Notes: generated by a model not told the origin, from the sequence alone. Shown: positions 14,721 to 27,573, counted from the first letter of the stretch. The stretch: 64,000 bases of DNA from Octopus vulgaris (GCA_951406725.2 OX597817.1:14136001-14200000); one strand, 5' to 3'. A program made the numbers and translations.

Positions 14721-15805
14721 ATAAGAAACGTCAGCTTTAAGACGTTGATTGCAGAACATATGTTTAGACGTGTTGTTGTCTCAGATGTTTGAATCCTCAT
14801 TACTTAAGAATCTTCAAACAGACCTGATCGTTGGAACTACGATATAATTCCTATTGAATTTTTCGAGTTTTACTTCAAGAGGTACATGAAAGTACAGAGA
14901 CTGATTTTGCTCAGAGAAAAATTTCATGAGAAGTGGATAAGAGGTGTTAACTTGAGCTGGATAAGCGAACAAAATCAGAAGCTCTGACTGATGCTGATGT
15001 TGTGTGTGTGTAAGCAGTCATATTTGCAAGTTCCTGGGGCCAAAGTCTAGCTATTTTGTCAGCAGAGCGAGTCCTTCGTGTGAGCTCCTTTTTTTTTTTA
15101 GATAAATGTGTTGTTTTTGTTTCTTTTTAATTAAAGTCATTCACACCTCTCATTTCCCCAATGCCCTTTTTTATATATCGCCCGAAAATTATTTTTTTCG
15201 AAACCAAAATATTCCTTTCTTTTTACCGCATGTGTTTTTTTTACAACCTTTCTGGTTTACCTAGGTTGTCGCTTTGACCTGCAGCCAAATCTAATACAAA
15301 TCAGTCTCTATTGCCTTAAAAAGAGAATAAAAAGAACTTGAAAGAAAGCATTGGCTGATGCAGTTAGTTGTACAGTATGTCCGAAAGAAAGGTGAGGTAC
15401 TCAGGGCTGGAGAGCTATTAATCATAGGTTTAGTCGATCAGAACAAACATGGAATTAAACAACAACAACAACAACAACAATAAGCTATATGTGTTGACTT
15501 CAACACCGAGTAGGACGTTCATATCAGGAGTGCAATAACGACTCGATATTAGATTATTCATAATAATAACATAAAGTTTATCATAACCATAATAATAGCA
15601 TAAATTTATAATATTTGAATTGATTATATTATAAATTCTTCTTAAGATTCTATGGCAGATAAGACATCATCATCATTATCACAATAGTAACCATCTATCA
15701 TCATCATCATCATCATCAAATCGAAAAATAATGTCTGATAAAAAGATGGACAAATTCGATAATGCAGTTTTTGTATGATAAAAGACTGGGTGCATAAACT
15801 CAGTA

Positions 15806-16235
15806 TCTTATATATATATATATTTATATATATAAAATTGAGAATGTGTGTCTGTCTGTCTGTGTGTTTCCCTAAAACTTGAGAACTACACAACCAATTT
15901 CATTCAAATTTTACACATGCCTTACTTAAGGTCCGGGGAGTGCGTGCCATCGGCGAAAATGTTTTACTTTTTCCCTAGGGAGACCCCACAGCAATATCAT
16001 ATCTTCTCCACTATTTCAGTATTACGTGGTAAAAGTGAAACAAAAATAACTCTCTATTGCAATGCAGACATTCACTTTAATACTGAAACTATTAAAGTGA
16101 AAGTATTATATAACAGGGATGACCCATTAACAGTGGTCATCCATTTTGCTAGAAGAAGATCCGCTATGGTCTTATATGCTACATCACTGGTTTTCAATTC
16201 ATATTAATCAAATTAATATTCAATTTTTCACCCTT

Positions 16236-16240
<5 letters not shown>
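15806..16240 (+). mobile_element. Non-autonomous Helitron-like element, 5' part
   Basis: It starts A|TC followed by (TA)n-TAAAA, then GTCTGTCTGTCTG and AAAACTTGAGAACTACACAACCAATTTCATTCAAATTTT. This layout is typical of invertebrate non-autonomous Helitron 5' ends. The 3' limit is uncertain. Confidence 0.5.
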
Positions 16241-16284
<44 letters not shown>

Positions 16285-16587
16285 TAGCAATTCGTATAAA
16301 ATTGCATCAATGACTTGAACTTGAATAAGTGGTTTCACATAAATGGGAATAAATTAAAAAGGTTTGTTGTTATTATTATTACTGTTTGACTATTGTAATC
16401 ACATTTGTAGATGTATTTCTATAGATATACATGTATATGTAAACATGTATGTCTAGATGTATATATAGAGGTACATGTAATATGTACACATATATATATA
16501 CACATATATACATGCATGCATATATACACCCATACAGATACACCCACCCACCCACACGCACAAACACACACACAAACACACACACAC

Positions 16588-16689
16588 AGGTGCAGGTGTG
16601 GCTGTGTGGTAACAAACTTGGTTCCAAATCACTTGGTCCTCAGTTCAGTCCCACTGTGTGGTAACTTGGCATCTGTCTTCTGCTATAGC
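16588..16689 (+). mobile_element. SINE-A head only, broken off by the adjacent minisatellite/LINE block
   Basis: AGGTGCAGGTGTGGCTGTGTGGTAAC...GTTCAGTCCCACTG...GTCTTCTGCTATAGC. Confidence 0.75.
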
Positions 16690-16696
16690 ATCATAC

Positions 16697-16998
16697 CAGC
16701 CCAAAGTCGACGCTATGGCAACCAGAGCTCGCTCTGGGCGACATTGGGGCGACTGTACACAGCTACCAGCCCACAGTCGACGCTATGGCGACCAGAGCTC
16801 GCTCTGCGCGACATTGGGGCGACTGTACACAGCTACCAGCCCACAGTCGACGCTATGTCGACCAGAGGGCGACATTGAGGCGACTGTACACAGTTACCGA
16901 CCCACAGTCGATGCTACGGCGACTAGAGTTCGCTCTGGAAGACGTAGAGGCGACTGTACACAGCTACCGACCCACAGTCGACGCTACGGCAACCAGAG
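16697..16998. repeat. GC-rich minisatellite, 70-bp unit, about 4.4 copies
   Basis: Units start at 16697, 16767, 16837, about 16898 and about 16968 (CAGCCCACAGTCGACGCTATGGC...GACTGTACACAGCTAC). The third unit has a 9-bp deletion. Confidence 0.9.
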
Positions 16999-17299
16999 GA
17001 AACCCTTACTTCCAACTAGACATCAGGCCACGACCATTTACACAACCAATATGAATAGACATTATTTACATATTTAATCCGGGCTGTCCTCTGGAGAGGG
17101 ACTCTCCACCTTTTCTTCACATAGGTTCGGAGGTGGCAAGTCTTGAAAAATGGATTGATTAATATCCAATCTCATCATCGACACCGACTTTCTATACGCG
17201 CTAAGTAATACATTATGAGTCTTTTTATCCATTTCGTTGAACTCGTAGTTCTTATATTTATCAGAAAGTTCTGCAATCCTCGTGGCTGATATTTTCGCT

Positions 17300-17726
17300 T
17301 TATTTCCCTCATTAAGTCTTCATTTTTGGTTTGTCTCTTTTCGCAGTTTTTTTTTGTCTTAGTTCGACCTGTTTTTGTTGATTTGAGCTTTCCATTTCTC
17401 TCTTGTTATTAGTTGCTTTCTTTTCGTCTGTTTCTCTCTCTCCCCTCCTCCTCCACTTCCTCATCGGACTCTTTCTCACCGTCTCTACAGTGTTTTTTTT
17501 ATATGGCCCAGCTGGCCTCACCGGAAAAATCGGGGCTTACGGCCCTCGACGAATACGTTAAGGAATTCCTCCCCAATTTCTATTTTCTCCTGTAACTGTT
17601 CTAAAATTGACGGTTCTGCTTGTATTAGGAGGTGAACCGTTTGATCGGTCCAATAAGCCTTTTCTGTGATGGTAGCCTGAAGGAGTGTTATATTATCTTC
17701 TTTTTCGCCAGGACTGCCTCCATCAT
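17300..17726 (-). pseudogene. Decayed LINE ORF1-like (gag-like) C-terminal fragment with a broken CCHC knuckle
   Basis: The minus strand reads ...EKIEIGEEFLNVFVEGRKPR-F-FR-*-GQLG-H-IKK(frameshift)H-C. Two single-base changes (TTT and TGA to Cys codons) and one A-run indel restore C-x2-C-x4-H-x4-C. A charged tail follows. Confidence 0.55.
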
Positions 17727-19116
17727 TTCCGGCCTCTACCAACTACTATAAAAAGCTGCAGTGGTACCAAGGCCACCGGCATTGCCCGACTTGCGGAAGT
17801 GGGAGAGGGCCTTATGGCACTCCGAATACCACATGCTCGACCTAAGTTTGCGACGATACCAGGTTTCTCTGCCACCAAAACTGGCAAAGCTGGGGAACAT
17901 CTGCCTCGCGAGCAGGGACCACACCCGTTCACCATCCAGGTAGACCCAAAGATGCCTCAACCTCAGCGCATGTCTGCGCATCAACAGCCAAGGCATTCCT
18001 AACCCACCCTTTAACGGCTTCTGACAGCAAATAGAACGTCTCACAAGGGGAGGGTTACCCTTCCACAAAAAGTGAAAGATTTGCCTCTCCAACTTGCTTA
18101 ACCACGAATCCGGATAAGGGACGACGGTTAGGCGGTAAGTGATGACCAATGCTATAAACACATTGACCACCTCCGCCCTCCCTTTCAAGGATAGCCAGCG
18201 CCAGGACCAAGTCCCGACCGCGTGAGCCACCTTGCTCGTCACCTCAGACCAGTTCTTTTCTATCTGGAGATCTAAACCAAACCAGATCCCTAGCAATTTA
18301 ACCGGGCCCTCCTTCCAGCATCCCACGATGCTATTCGACGGCATCGACTTGCCCCTCCAGGTGCCGAGTTGCGAGCCGACTGACTTTTCCCGATTAATTT
18401 TTGCTCCTATCACCGTTTCGTGAGCCTTGATGGTATCTCCCACATTCTGTAGGAGTTCCACCTTGGTCACGATGATGGTGATGTCGTCCGCATACGCTGT
18501 AACAGATTCTCCACCTCCTGGATTCGTCGGGATGGCGCTCAGCTTTCGCAGTAATGGCTCGAGAGCCATCACATATAAAAGCGGGGAGAGCGGACACCCT
18601 TGACGAACTGACCGTTTGATGCGGAACGGCTTCGAAAGGAAGCCATTCACCCGAACCATCGAGTCGATGTTGTCGTACAACTGTATAATCCACCTGAGAA
18701 AACCAATGCCCAGACCGAACTGTGCCAGCACAGACACCAGGTACCGATGGTTCACCCTGTCAAACGCTTTACTCTGGTCTAAATGGACCAGTGCCCCACC
18801 TTAGCCAGAATTGTTCCCGAACCCTTCTATGGTGTAGCGTATAAGGTGAAGATTATCCTGAATGGTCCTCCCGGGGACCGCACAAGTTTGTGCTTTTCCG
18901 ATTAGACCATCCGCGACACGCGTCAACCTTTTCGCTAACACCTTGGCCAAAATCTTCACCTCTGCATTCAGCAGGGTGATGGGCCTGAAGTTATCTATTC
19001 TATCCCCCCTTGCTCGGGTCCTTTCTGATCAGCGTCACCACTCCCCGGCGCACAGATCTGGGAATGAACCTATTCTGCCGCCAGTTCGCGAAAACGCTGG
19101 CCAGTACGTACCCGAC
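17727..19116 (-). pseudogene. L1/Tx1-clade LINE ORF2 reverse transcriptase fragment, truncated at both ends
   Basis: The translation includes GVVTLIRKD..NFRPITLLNAEVKILAKVLAKRL..QTCAVPGRTIQDNLHLIR..LDQSKAFDRVNH..VRQGCPLSPLLY..AYADD..GGLGMP. There is a frameshift near 19005 and a stop near 18801; the ORF 17736-18755 is open. Confidence 0.92.
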
Positions 19117-19604
19117 TTGGTGAAAGTTCAGTTTTTGAGTATCGATGATTACCACGTTTAAAGAAGAAATGAAATTCATTGAAAGGTTAACTTTAGTTAA
19201 TCATGCAAATAATAGCCAATGGGAATATTCCACTCTCTACTATGAAAAAATAATTTAAGATTACAGGTTTGTGCATAAGTGTTCATTGGATCTAATCATC
19301 TAATTGGACCGTATTTTCAAAAAAGCTTTTATATTCTAAAAACTTATATTTTAAAGTTTAAGAAAATAATAAGACGCTAAATATTTATGCTTACAACTTA
19401 CTAAAATGTCTGTAATATTTTATATAGGGGTGAATAAATGAATTCTTGTGTCCCCTATATCTAATTTTAAAACTTATATAAATTTTCCTAAGCCCGGAGC
19501 GTTAAACTAATAAACCTGTTTGCTGTTTACACACCCGTCTTCGTCTTTTGTTCGTTTCTTTTGTAAATTCCAAATATATATGTGTGTATGTGTGTGTATG
19601 CATA

Positions 19605-19995
19605 TACTCTTTTTACTCTTTTACTTTTTTCAGTCATTTGACTGCGGCCATGCTGGAGCACTGCCTTTAATCGAGCAACTCGACCCCGGGACTTGTTCTT
19701 TTGTAAGTCCAGTACTTATTCTATCGGTCTCTTTTGCCGAACCGCTAAGTAACGGGGACATAAACACACCAGCATCGGTTGTCAAGCAATGCTAGGGGGA
19801 CAAACACACACATATATATATACATATATACGACGGCTTCTTTTCAGTTTCCGTCTACGAAATCCACTCACAAGGCTTTGGTCGGCCCGAGACTATAGTA
19901 GAAGACACTTGCCCAAAGGTGCCACGCAGTGGGACTGAACCCGGAACCATGTGGCTGGTAAACAAGCTACTTACCACACAGCGACTCCTGCGCCT
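19605..19995 (-). mobile_element. SINE-A, full length
   Basis: Near-identical to 858-1347, with a short internal microsatellite. Confidence 0.9.
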
Positions 19996-20000
19996 ATTCA

Positions 20001-20134
<134 letters not shown>

Positions 20135-20726
20135 GGTGGTTATCTGTGCATCATGTTTCTGGATTATAAACATATTGAATATATATTTCATATATATTTT
20201 TGATATATATTTCATATACATTGCATATATATTTCACATCCTTCTTCAGCACAGCTTTCCATTGAAAAAGATTTATCATAGATTTATCAAATGCTACGTA
20301 CCTCAAACCTTCTGACCATGCGACATCAAAATATTTGAAGAAAGTGAGCAAAAGCTAAACCTACATAGACGTTTGAATTCGTAAATCTTCCCTCCAAAAT
20401 TTTGCCATGCGCACTACAAAAATAGTTCCATATGATTAGGAACTATTGGGTTGTATCCATTCCTGCTGTTTTGCATATGCGAATTACAGGGTTTGTCGTG
20501 CCCGGAGTCCAACTTTGATAGAAATAAGCATTCTTGACTGCTATTTCTATTTTTTCGGTATGCGGTCAAGCAACCTGTTGCCTGTCCCTTTTTCTTATAT
20601 ACAATATATATACTGAACTTTACAGAAGTTCCTGCCGGTAATCGGCTATATTTACATACCGAATTCTACCAGTAAATAATTGGGGTTTTTTTAAAAGCCT
20701 TTATAGAAATTATTTACTCTTATTAT

Positions 20727-20778
<52 letters not shown>

Positions 20779-20923
20779 CATAAATGAGGGCAAAGGAAAT
20801 AAATTCTAATGCCAAATATGCCGAAAAATTGGACACATTGTCCATTAACCATATAATTTTTTCACAATACGCACGCTACTCGAGAAAGGTCGACAGAAAT
20901 TTCTAAAAAATTCCATTATTACC

Positions 20924-20978
20924 ATATCGGACCGATTTCAGGGTTAGCTTATAACAGCCCTCCCTTCGTCAGTGATAC
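20924..20978 (-). ncRNA. Type I hammerhead motif (left arm)
   Basis: The minus strand reads GTATCA-CTGACGA-AGGG-AGGGCTGTTATAAGCTAA-CCCT-GAAA-TCGGTC-CGATAT. Confidence 0.7.
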
Positions 20979-21166
20979 ATGTGGCAAAAGAAATAAATGA
21001 GATACTTACTCATACCCATGGAAGAAGCAAACACTAAGTCATGGGCACAACTAAGTACCCCAAATACATCCAAAATAGAAATACTCCAGCCCATTCGAGG
21101 CACGTGCGATTTGAACTGAGGCTCTCACAGAGTGAATTAGTTAGTTCGGAAGTGAACGCTTAAATT

Positions 21167-21221
21167 GTATCACTGACGAAGAGAGGGCTCTTAGTAGCTA
21201 ACTCTGAAATCGGTCCGATAT
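21167..21221 (+). ncRNA. Type I hammerhead motif (right arm)
   Basis: GTATCA-CTGACGA-AGAG-AGGGCTCTTAGTAGCTAA-CTCT-GAAA-TCGGTC-CGATAT; the core is canonical and the triplet is GUC. Confidence 0.7.
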
Positions 21222-21480
21222 GGTAATAATGGAATTTTTTAGAAATCTCTGTCGACCTTTTTTCGAGTAGCGTGCGTATTGTGAAAAAATTATATGGTTA
21301 ATGGACAATATGTCCAATTTTTCGGCATATTTGGCATTAGAATTTATTTCCTTTGCCCTCATTTATGAATTGTTTATAAATTTAACCGTTAAAGGTATTT
21401 TTTAATATGCTGGTCACTGATAAAAATTTTTTCGAGAAAATATATATATTTTTTTTCGAAAAGAATTTTATCCTCACATT

Positions 21481-21607
<127 letters not shown>

Positions 21608-21639
21608 AAGTGGAAATATCTCTTCGGTTATATATATAT

Positions 21640-21672
<33 letters not shown>

Positions 21673-21737
21673 TTCGTAGATTTCAGGAACTGAAACAAAT
21701 CGATCATATATATATGTATGTATATATGTAAGTGTAT

Positions 21738-22648
21738 GTGTTTCGGTATTGGCAACATGAATGACAATGGCCAGAGACTACTTGAATTTTGCACATACCA
21801 TAACCCGTGCATCACCAATACATTCTTTGCCAACAAGACATCCCAAAAGGCATCTTGGAGATATTCAAGATCTCACCACTGGCATCAGCTGGATCTCATC
21901 ATTACACGAAGACCCTTTCTGAATTCTGTTCAACTGACTCGTAGTTACCACAGCGCGGATTGTGATACAGATCATTCACTAATAAGAAGCAGGGTGAGGA
22001 TTCTGCCTAAAAAGTCCATCACTCCAAGAAAATGGGCCGACCACGCATTAACACTGCCAGAACCTCCGACCCTACAGTGCGAAAATGTTTTGCTGTTTCC
22101 ATCAAGGTTGCCCTCAGTAGCTGCCCAACCTCCTCTGCTGAAAGTAGGTGGAATTATATCAGGGAAGCTTTGTATACCACATCAGCATGAGAGAAAGGCA
22201 AAACCCATATTTTGATCAGTGCTGGGCTCTCAGAGCTGGAAACAATTATCGAAACAAAGCGTGCAGCTCTGATGTAATACAAGACTGATTCTTCTATAAA
22301 GTCACTCGAAGAACTCAGAAAGGCAAAAACTAAAACCCAACTGACTGCCAGACACTGTGCAAATAGGCATTGGCAGGAAATCTGTCAGAGTATGGATGTA
22401 TGCCGGTTTGAAGAAGGCCCTCGGTCCATCCGCAACCAAGTCAGCCCCTCTGAAATCAACTACTGGGGATCTCATCAAGGACCAAAGCAAGCAAATGGAT
22501 AGATGGGTGGAGTACTACCAGGAACTCTACTCACGAGAGACCACGGTAGCTGAGGCTGCAATCGAGGGTGTCAAGATCTTGCCAGTCATGTGTGAACTTG
22601 ACAGTCTGTCATCTATAGCAAAGCTCACCAAGGCTATTGACTTGCTAG
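21738..22648 (+). pseudogene. RTE-clade LINE fragment (APE endonuclease C-half and linker)
   Basis: FGIGNMNDNGQRLLEFC..ITNTFF..SWR..WHQLDLII..SADCDTDHSL is followed, after frameshifts and stops, by GLKKALGP..PLKSTTGDLIKD..QMDRWVEYYQELYS. Confidence 0.88.
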
Positions 22649-22649
22649 T

Positions 22650-23330
22650 AACACCCACAATTTTGTCATTTTATCTAAGCAAAAACGAATACAGTTGTGC
22701 TCTTGGAAGCTGTAGGGTTACCCGAGCATAAAAGTTGGGCATTATTTCTAATTCAATGGTACAACAGTGTAACAGTTTGCTTTGACATACACTTAGATTG
22801 TGATTTCTGCAATGTGGTGCATAAATTGTTAAGTAAATGAGAGGCATCTTAACCTCCACTGATTCAGTTGCAAAGTGTTGAGTAAAGTTATTTGATTGCA
22901 GACCTCCTTTCAGTCTTTTTATTATCACTCGGTCACACATAGTCCCCTGATGGTAAGATTGATTCCCAGATGAGTGACTGGTTATTCAAAGACATTTATA
23001 GATTTTAAATTCATTCTGTCCAGTTACGTATCAGTATAGTGGTCATTTGCAAACTCCAGATGTGACACTTCAATTTCTCCTAAGCCCTCATGTCACACAG
23101 TTGTTAATGTTTATTTCAGTTGGGTCACGCCCTTCCAATTGCTATAGATTCGTAATGCATCTTACGGCTGTGCCTGTCACCTGGAAGGTGAGGAATCCTA
23201 CATTGGGAGTGGTAACGACTAGGGTAGGGTTACTGACTGCTTATTGTGATCATTTGTCTTTTGGTTTCCATGAAGCACGATTTCAATTTTTTAGGGTGTG
23301 TAAAGAGGGAAATAACACTCATCCGCAATT
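22650..23330 (-). pseudogene. Possible highly decayed hAT transposase fragment
   Basis: Across frameshifts, and in the expected order, the minus strand gives EGRDPTEINI (like DGTRD..E.IS), GEIEVSHLEF, GINLTIRGLC/KGGLQ (like RGQCYD..GGLQ) and IY..HCRNHNL (CxxH). The match is weak. Confidence 0.35.
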
Positions 23331-23334
23331 TTGA

Positions 23335-23436
23335 TGAAATTCGAAACATAGATATTCCAGTTCATTCAGAATATATAACAGAAAAGTCTAATTCTTCAAT
23401 TGAATGTAACCAGGCAACGCCGGGTATCTCTGCTAG
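23335..23436 (+). mobile_element. Helitron-like 3' terminus
   Basis: An imperfect hairpin CCAGGC-AAC-GCCGGG is followed by TATCTCTG-CTAG. The next base is A rather than the expected T. Confidence 0.45.
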
Positions 23437-23442
23437 ATATAT

Positions 23443-23511
<69 letters not shown>

Positions 23512-23519
23512 TATATACA

Positions 23520-23620
<101 letters not shown>

Positions 23621-23780
23621 CTGTAAGGGCAGTGAGCTGGTAGCATCGGACAAAATTCTTAGCGGCATTAGTTCCTGCTGTTTACGTTCTGAGTTCTAAT
23701 TCTGCGGAGGTCAGCTTTACCTTCTTCGTTTCGGGGTCGTTAAAGTAGCAGTTGAGCTACATACACATATATATATATAT

Positions 23781-24007
23781 GTTTTTTTTTCAAAATGTGA
23801 CCTCGTGTGTACAGTTGGCGGTTTTTGTTCCCTCTGTCTTCCCTTCTCTGGATATTTCCTTCTCCTATGTTTCCGACGAAGAGCTCCGCTCGAAACGTTA
23901 AACCCTCCTTCTTTCCTCCTTTCCTGAGCGTCCAATAATACTATATTTGTTCCACGTCCTCGCGTTGTTGTGTTTTTTTGTGCTTTCTTGTTTGGATTAA
24001 CTTTAAC

Positions 24008-24010
<3 letters not shown>
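23781..24010 (+). mobile_element. Short Penelope-like remnant in (TA)n with a hammerhead-like motif (23869-23903), core CCGACGA
   Basis: GTTT-CCGACGA-A-GAGC-TCC-GCTC-GAAAC-GTT-AAAC is followed by TCCTGAGCGTCCAATAATAC and a T-rich tail, as in 2511-2716. Confidence 0.65.
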
Positions 24011-24059
<49 letters not shown>

Positions 24060-24135
24060 GTATTTATGTATGCACACACACACACACACACGCATATATA
24101 TGTATATATAATATACGCATACATACACGCACATT

Positions 24136-24183
<48 letters not shown>

Positions 24184-24257
24184 TGTATGTATGTATGTAT
24201 GTATGCACACATACACACGCGCATATATATATATAATATACGCATACATACACGCAC

Positions 24258-24328
<71 letters not shown>

Positions 24329-24403
24329 TGTATGTATGCACACACACACACGCGCGCGCATATATATATATATATATAATATACGCATACATACACGCAC
24401 ATT

Positions 24404-24469
<66 letters not shown>

Positions 24470-24482
24470 GATATATATATAT
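24011..24482. repeat. Higher-order compound microsatellite, three units of about 125-145 bp
   Basis: The anchor AATATACGCATACATACACGCACATTTA occurs at about 24110, 24234 and 24377, separated by (TA)n(TATG)n(CA)n. Confidence 0.85.
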
Positions 24483-24716
24483 AATGAAAATATTTCCATC
24501 ACAAGCAACATATATAAAAAATGATAGAGACCGAGAATAGAATAAAAGCGCTCATACACGAACACCTGAGGTCTCACTGCACAAAACAATTGACACAATA
24601 GGAACGACCACATTCATAATGGATCATCCAACCAAAAATAGAAAGAATAAGCGACACAGACATCAAAATGACAGGGCGCTACAACAAGGGCCCATGCAGA
24701 CACCTACAAGGAATAT

Positions 24717-24931
24717 CAGTTTCAAATTTGAGGCACAAGGCCAGCAATTTCGGAGGAGGGGGAAAGTCGATTGCATCGACCCCAGTGCTCAACTGGCACT
24801 TATTTTATTGACCCTGAAAGGATGAAAAGCAGAGTCGGCCTCGGCGGAATTTGAACTCAGAACGTAAAGACGAACGAAATGCAGCTAAGCATTTTATCCG
24901 ATATGCTAACGATTCTGCCAGCTCGCTGCCT
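24717..24931 (-). mobile_element. SINE-B, older subfamily (B3 tail); another old copy at 25492-25691
   Basis: It has the same head and core as B1, but the tail on the minus strand is ...GCTGGCCTTGTGCCTCAAATTTGAAAC. Confidence 0.82.
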
Positions 24932-25036
24932 TTTACTAAATAAACGGAATATTATAAATCCAAAACTAAGGTAATCTACTAAGAATCGTTCTGAGAAACT
25001 ACTGTGTGAATACTTAACTATGAATGCCTTAACTAT

Positions 25037-25202
25037 AGGCGCAGGGGTGGCTGTGTGGTAAGTAGCTTGCTAACCAACCACGTGGTTCCGGGTTCAGTCC
25101 CACTGCGTGGCATCTTGGGCAGGTGTCTTCTGCTATAGCCCCGGGCCGACCAATGCCTTGTGAGTGGATTTGGTAGACGGAAACTGAAAGAAGCCTGTCA
25201 TA

Positions 25203-25243
<41 letters not shown>

Positions 25244-25453
25244 TTGTGTGTCTGTGTTTGTCCCCCCAGCATCGCTTTACAACCGATGTTGGTGTGTTTA
25301 CGTCCCCGTCACTTAGCGGTTCGGCAAAAGAGACCGATAGAATAAGTACTGGGCTTACAAAAGAATAAGTCCCGGGGTCGAGTTGCTCGATTAAAGGCGG
25401 TGCTCTAGCATGGCCGCAGTCAAATGACTGAAACAAGTAAAGTAAAAAGAGTA
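25037..25453 (+). mobile_element. SINE-A, full length
   Basis: Runs from AGGCGCAGGGGTGGCTGTGTGG to the GAGTA tail; AATGCCT(T)AA lies on both sides. Confidence 0.9.
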
Positions 25454-26244
25454 ATGCCTAATCACAACACACATACACAAACACACACACGTAGGCACAC
25501 CGCTCAAAATTTTGGGGGATGGGCCAGTCGATTAGATCGTCCCCTGTGCACAACTGTACTTAATTTATCGACCCCGAAATGAGGAAAAGCAAAGCCGACC
25601 TTAGCGGAATTTGAACTCAGAACGTAAAGACTGAAGAAATACTGCTAAACTTTTCGTTCGGCGTGCTAACGTTTCTGCCAGCTCACCGCCTGACATGTAT
25701 TTAATATCATGTCGATAATAACCCGATAACGTGTTTTACAAAGCTCTTCCGCGAGTATCGGCTACCATATGCTATCGCACAACAGGAATTTTCCTTTTCG
25801 TTGATAAATGTGTGGAAAATCGTTAATATCCGCAAAATTCATACAAAAAAAGAAAACATTTCAGTACAAGAATATGGAATGGACAGGCTTCAATCCAAAT
25901 CACTACAATTTTCTGCGCATTTGTATGAGCTAGTAATTGCTATTTCACATATTATACATGTTACTGAATTAATATTATCAAAAAGCCTTGTGTGTGTGTG
26001 TGCATGTATATTTATGACTTTCTTGATAGTTTACAGAAGAGTATATTGGTCACAAATAATAATGATAGCCGAAAGAAATGAAGGAATTTTTCTTTTATTT
26101 ATATTCAAGCATTTTATTTATATTCAAAAATTCCCCAAAAATGAAATGAAGTTCACGTTATCATACTTACAAATTTTTCATCAAGGTCTCGAAAATGCTC
26201 GCGCTTATATATATGTACGTACACTTTATTCTCTTATATGTAAG

Positions 26245-26294
<50 letters not shown>

Positions 26295-26341
26295 TGTATG
26301 TATGTATGTCTATGTATATGCATGTACGTATGTTCTATGAT

Positions 26342-26403
<62 letters not shown>

Positions 26404-26806
26404 CAGACAGGCAGACATATTCTTTTAACGCAACAGGATAACTAGAAGCGACAATATGTGATTTAAACAGAGAACCACTAGAGAATACAATTGACCATAA
26501 CAAAACCAATACACCTAAAATACTAGAAATATTTCGCAAAGCTAAGAATCATTTATGAGAAAGAATAGCCATTTTACAAATGATCCCTCCAAGTAACGTT
26601 TCCACAGAAATAAACCTAAATCTGAACACGCTCAATCATAGCTTACTCAGTAGCCATGAAATTAGTAAGCTAAACAAGGTTCAACCCTTAACTCACTAGG
26701 CCGTTAAAAGAATACATGGGAAGAGAAAGTATTTTATAAATTAGCAAAACGGAAAATGTCTATTCTTACTTAGTCAAATAGAAAGTTAGGTGTATGATGA
26801 AGAAAA

Positions 26807-27068
26807 AATACATATATAAATGCGCCCTTTTAAAGCCTAGCCAGGCTCATGGGCCCGGTTTCCCGGTTTCAATGGCGTATGTGTTCCCCAGCTGGACGGG
26901 ACGCCGGTCTATCGCAGCGTTACTCATTTTTGCCAGCTGAGTGGACTGGAGTAACGTGAAATGAAGTGTTTTGCTCAAAAACACCACGCGTCGCCCGGTC
27001 CAGGAATCGAAACCACAAGCTTACGATCATGACGATGACACCCTAACCACTAAGCCGCGCGCCTCCAC
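26807..27068 (-). mobile_element. SINE-D, tRNA-derived, full length
   Basis: The minus strand reads GTGGAGGCGCGCGGCTTAGTGGTTAGG...GGTTTCGATTCC, then TTGAGCAAAACACTT and CAGTCCACTCAGCTGG. The 13-bp TSD ATG(A/T)TGAAGAAAA lies at 26794 and 27069. Confidence 0.85.
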
Positions 27069-27221
27069 ATGTTGAAGAAAAGTAAAAGCAAAATAAAAGA
27101 AAAGAACTTCTGGAAGAACGAAAGAGGAAAATTATTCTGGAAAACGTGGGCATTTCTTCAATTAGAATCATGTTTTTGAAATAAATATCTTAAATATTAT
27201 ACTAAGACATCGTTAAAGTAA

Positions 27222-27573
27222 ACGACGAGGGTTCCGGTTGATCCGAATCAACGGAACAGCCTGCTCGTGTAAGGGGCTGAGCACTCCACAGACACGTGTA
27301 CCCTTAACGTAGTTCTCGGGGATATTCAGCGTGACACAGAGAGTGACAAGGCCGGCCCTTTGAAATACAGGTACAACAGAAACAGGAAGTAAGAGTGAGA
27401 GAAAGTTGTGGTGAAAGAGTACAGCAGGGATCACCACCATCCCCTGCCGGAGCCTCGTGGAGCTTTAGGTGTTTTCGCCCAATAAACACTCACAACACCC
27501 GGTCTGGGAATTGAAACAGCGATCCTATGACCGCGAGTCCGCTGCCCTAACCACTGGGCCATTGCGCCTCCAC
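27222..27573 (-). mobile_element. SINE-C, tRNA-derived, full length
   Basis: The minus strand reads GTGGAGGCGCAATGGCCCAGTGGTTAGG...GTTTCAATTCCC. A perfect 14-bp TSD CATCGTTAAAGTAA lies at 27208 and 27574. Confidence 0.88.

Noticed and set aside
16697-16998. CRISPR-like regular repeats here and at 44964-45180
   Set aside because: The units are contiguous with no unique spacers, there are no cas genes, and the context is eukaryotic.
19120-19460. Possible Tc1/mariner-like relic (HLIGPYF; TATAGGGG...CCCCTATA)
   Set aside because: Too degenerate, and I found no matching second TIR.
20230-20545. Possible piggyBac transposase relic on the minus strand (YVAFDKSMI, like IDESM)
   Set aside because: One weak motif, with no TIR or TTAA support.
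27495-27573. Possible tRNA genes at SINE heads
   Set aside because: A and B boxes are present, but each head continues into a SINE body, often with TSDs, and I could not close a full cloverleaf.
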